From NCBI GenBank assembly GCA_964399335.1, contig CAYNQI010000024.1, forward strand, positions 1 to 16,003: 16,003 bases of DNA, given 5' to 3'. This DNA comes from an uncultured Thermoplasmata archaeon (GTDB taxonomy: Archaea > Thermoplasmatota > Thermoplasmata > Halarchaeoplasmatales > Halarchaeoplasmataceae). How positions within the stretch are numbered: position 1 is the stretch's first letter; the number at the start of each line of letters is the position of its first letter. A program made the position numbers and the translations under genes. This document shows, in pieces, positions 15,258-16,003 of the stretch. The notes under the pieces were generated by a model. It saw nothing but the letters and a program-made list of their open reading frames with translations, did not search any database and was not told the origin of the DNA.

Positions 15258-16003
15258 TCAATAGTTTTCTTCGATATATTTTATTACACTTTCGAAAATA
15301 AGTTTTCCATCACCTTTTGAGTGTTCTTCAGCTTTTCTAGTCCAATCGGGATTGGTATATTTATCGAATACTCTTTCAGGATGAGGCATAAGTCCCAAAA
15401 CATTTCCTTCAGGGTTACAGATCCCGGCTATATCCCCCAAAGACCCATTTGGATTCCACGGATATCCCGGAGTCGTTCCTTCGGGGTTTGTATATGTGAA
15501 TATTATTTGACCATTATCCTTTAGTTTCTCGATCTTTTCCTCGCTATCCACGACGAATTTTCCTTCGGCATGGGCAGAAGGGAAAAGTACAGTTTCTCCT
15601 TTTTCGTATTCCTTTGTAAAAACACATTTAGAGTTGTTTTCAACTTTAAGAAGAGTAGGCCTACATTCAAATTTATTACTGTCGTTAGTTTCAAGGGCGG
15701 CCTCTGGTACATCAGTGATCTTTCCATTTAAAGAAGGTAATATACCACTTTCAACCAAGACCTGAAAACCATTGCAAACGCCTAAGACAGGTTTACCGGT
15801 CTTAACGAAACTTTTCAACTCTTCACCGAGGCCGCTTTTCAATCTAGCCCCAAATATTGCTCCAGCTCTTATGTAATCTCCTGCAGAAAATCCACCTGGG
15901 ATCATAACTGTGTCGAAGTCTTTTAAGTCTCTTTTTTCATCATCAGTAACATCCATACCTAATAGCTGTTTAAGATGGACTTTCTCAGCATCTGCACCAA
16001 GTT
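15258..16003 (-). CDS. purQ: Phosphoribosylformylglycinamidine synthase subunit PurQ (5' end outside window)
   Basis: PGGFSAGDY, GVCNGFQ (catalytic Cys), AHAEG and LMPHPER (His-Glu). The frame stays open to the window edge (LGADAEKVHLKQLLG precedes the Met at 15956). Confidence 0.95.
   Translation of the reverse strand, partial: LGADAEKVHLKQLLGMDVTDDEKRDLKDFDTVMIPGGFSAGDYIRAGAIFGARLKSGLGEELKSFVKTGKPVLGVCNGFQVLVESGILPSLNGKITDVPEAALETNDSNKFECRPTLLKVENNSKCVFTKEYEKGETVLFPSAHAEGKFVVDSEEKIEKLKDNGQIIFTYTNPEGTTPGYPWNPNGSLGDIAGICNPEGNVLGLMPHPERVFDKYTNPDWTRKAEEHSKGDGKLIFESVIKYIEENY

Noticed and set aside
15255-15260. Convergent stop codons abutting as palindrome TGATCA (and sharing CTAG at 4528-4531)
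   Set aside because: An automatic consequence of convergent stop codons meeting in a compact genome; no functional inference is justified.
13956-15727. Short ORFs overlapping the channel, RCK and purQ genes
   Set aside because: Shadow or alternate frames of conserved genes.
15954-15956. Met at 15956 as the purQ start
   Set aside because: The frame is open to the window edge and the upstream residues match the PurQ N-terminal region; the true start lies outside the window.
1-16003. tRNA, rRNA, CRISPR arrays, IS elements
   Set aside because: Intergenic gaps are all short (at most about 135 nt), and I saw no cloverleaf, regularly spaced repeat or transposase signature.

Overview
Gene-dense, AT-rich archaeal chromosomal window, most likely Thermoplasmatota. 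That assignment is inferred from the PurC and PurQ sequence types, the archaeal DtdA, PAC2 chaperone and CTP-dependent riboflavin kinase, and TATA/BRE-type promoters. Gene order: argF(-), divergent purC-like(-), Ap4A-type Nudix(-), HbYX-tailed PAC2 chaperone(-), hps-RraA fusion(+), dtdA(-), small membrane protein(+), DUF2148 Fe-S protein(+), metallophosphoesterase(-), glnA(-), orphan multidomain protein(+), RHH regulator-sat-DHH-cysC operon(+), PIN protein(+), ribK(+), 2-TM RCK channel plus separate RCK protein(+), purQ(-, 5'-truncated by the window). I saw no tRNA, rRNA, CRISPR array or mobile element. The most notable items are four. (1) An RHH-led PAPS-synthesis cassette with a DHH phosphatase and no reductase, sharing an 11/12 promoter motif with the upstream orphan gene. 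(2) An MthK-like channel whose filter reads TLGSYP instead of TVGYG. (3) A PurC homolog that keeps its ATP-site residues but appears to have lost three acceptor/metal-site residues. (4) A hairpin covering the glnA Shine-Dalgarno. Family assignments come from motif recognition and recalled consensus sequences; no database searches were run.
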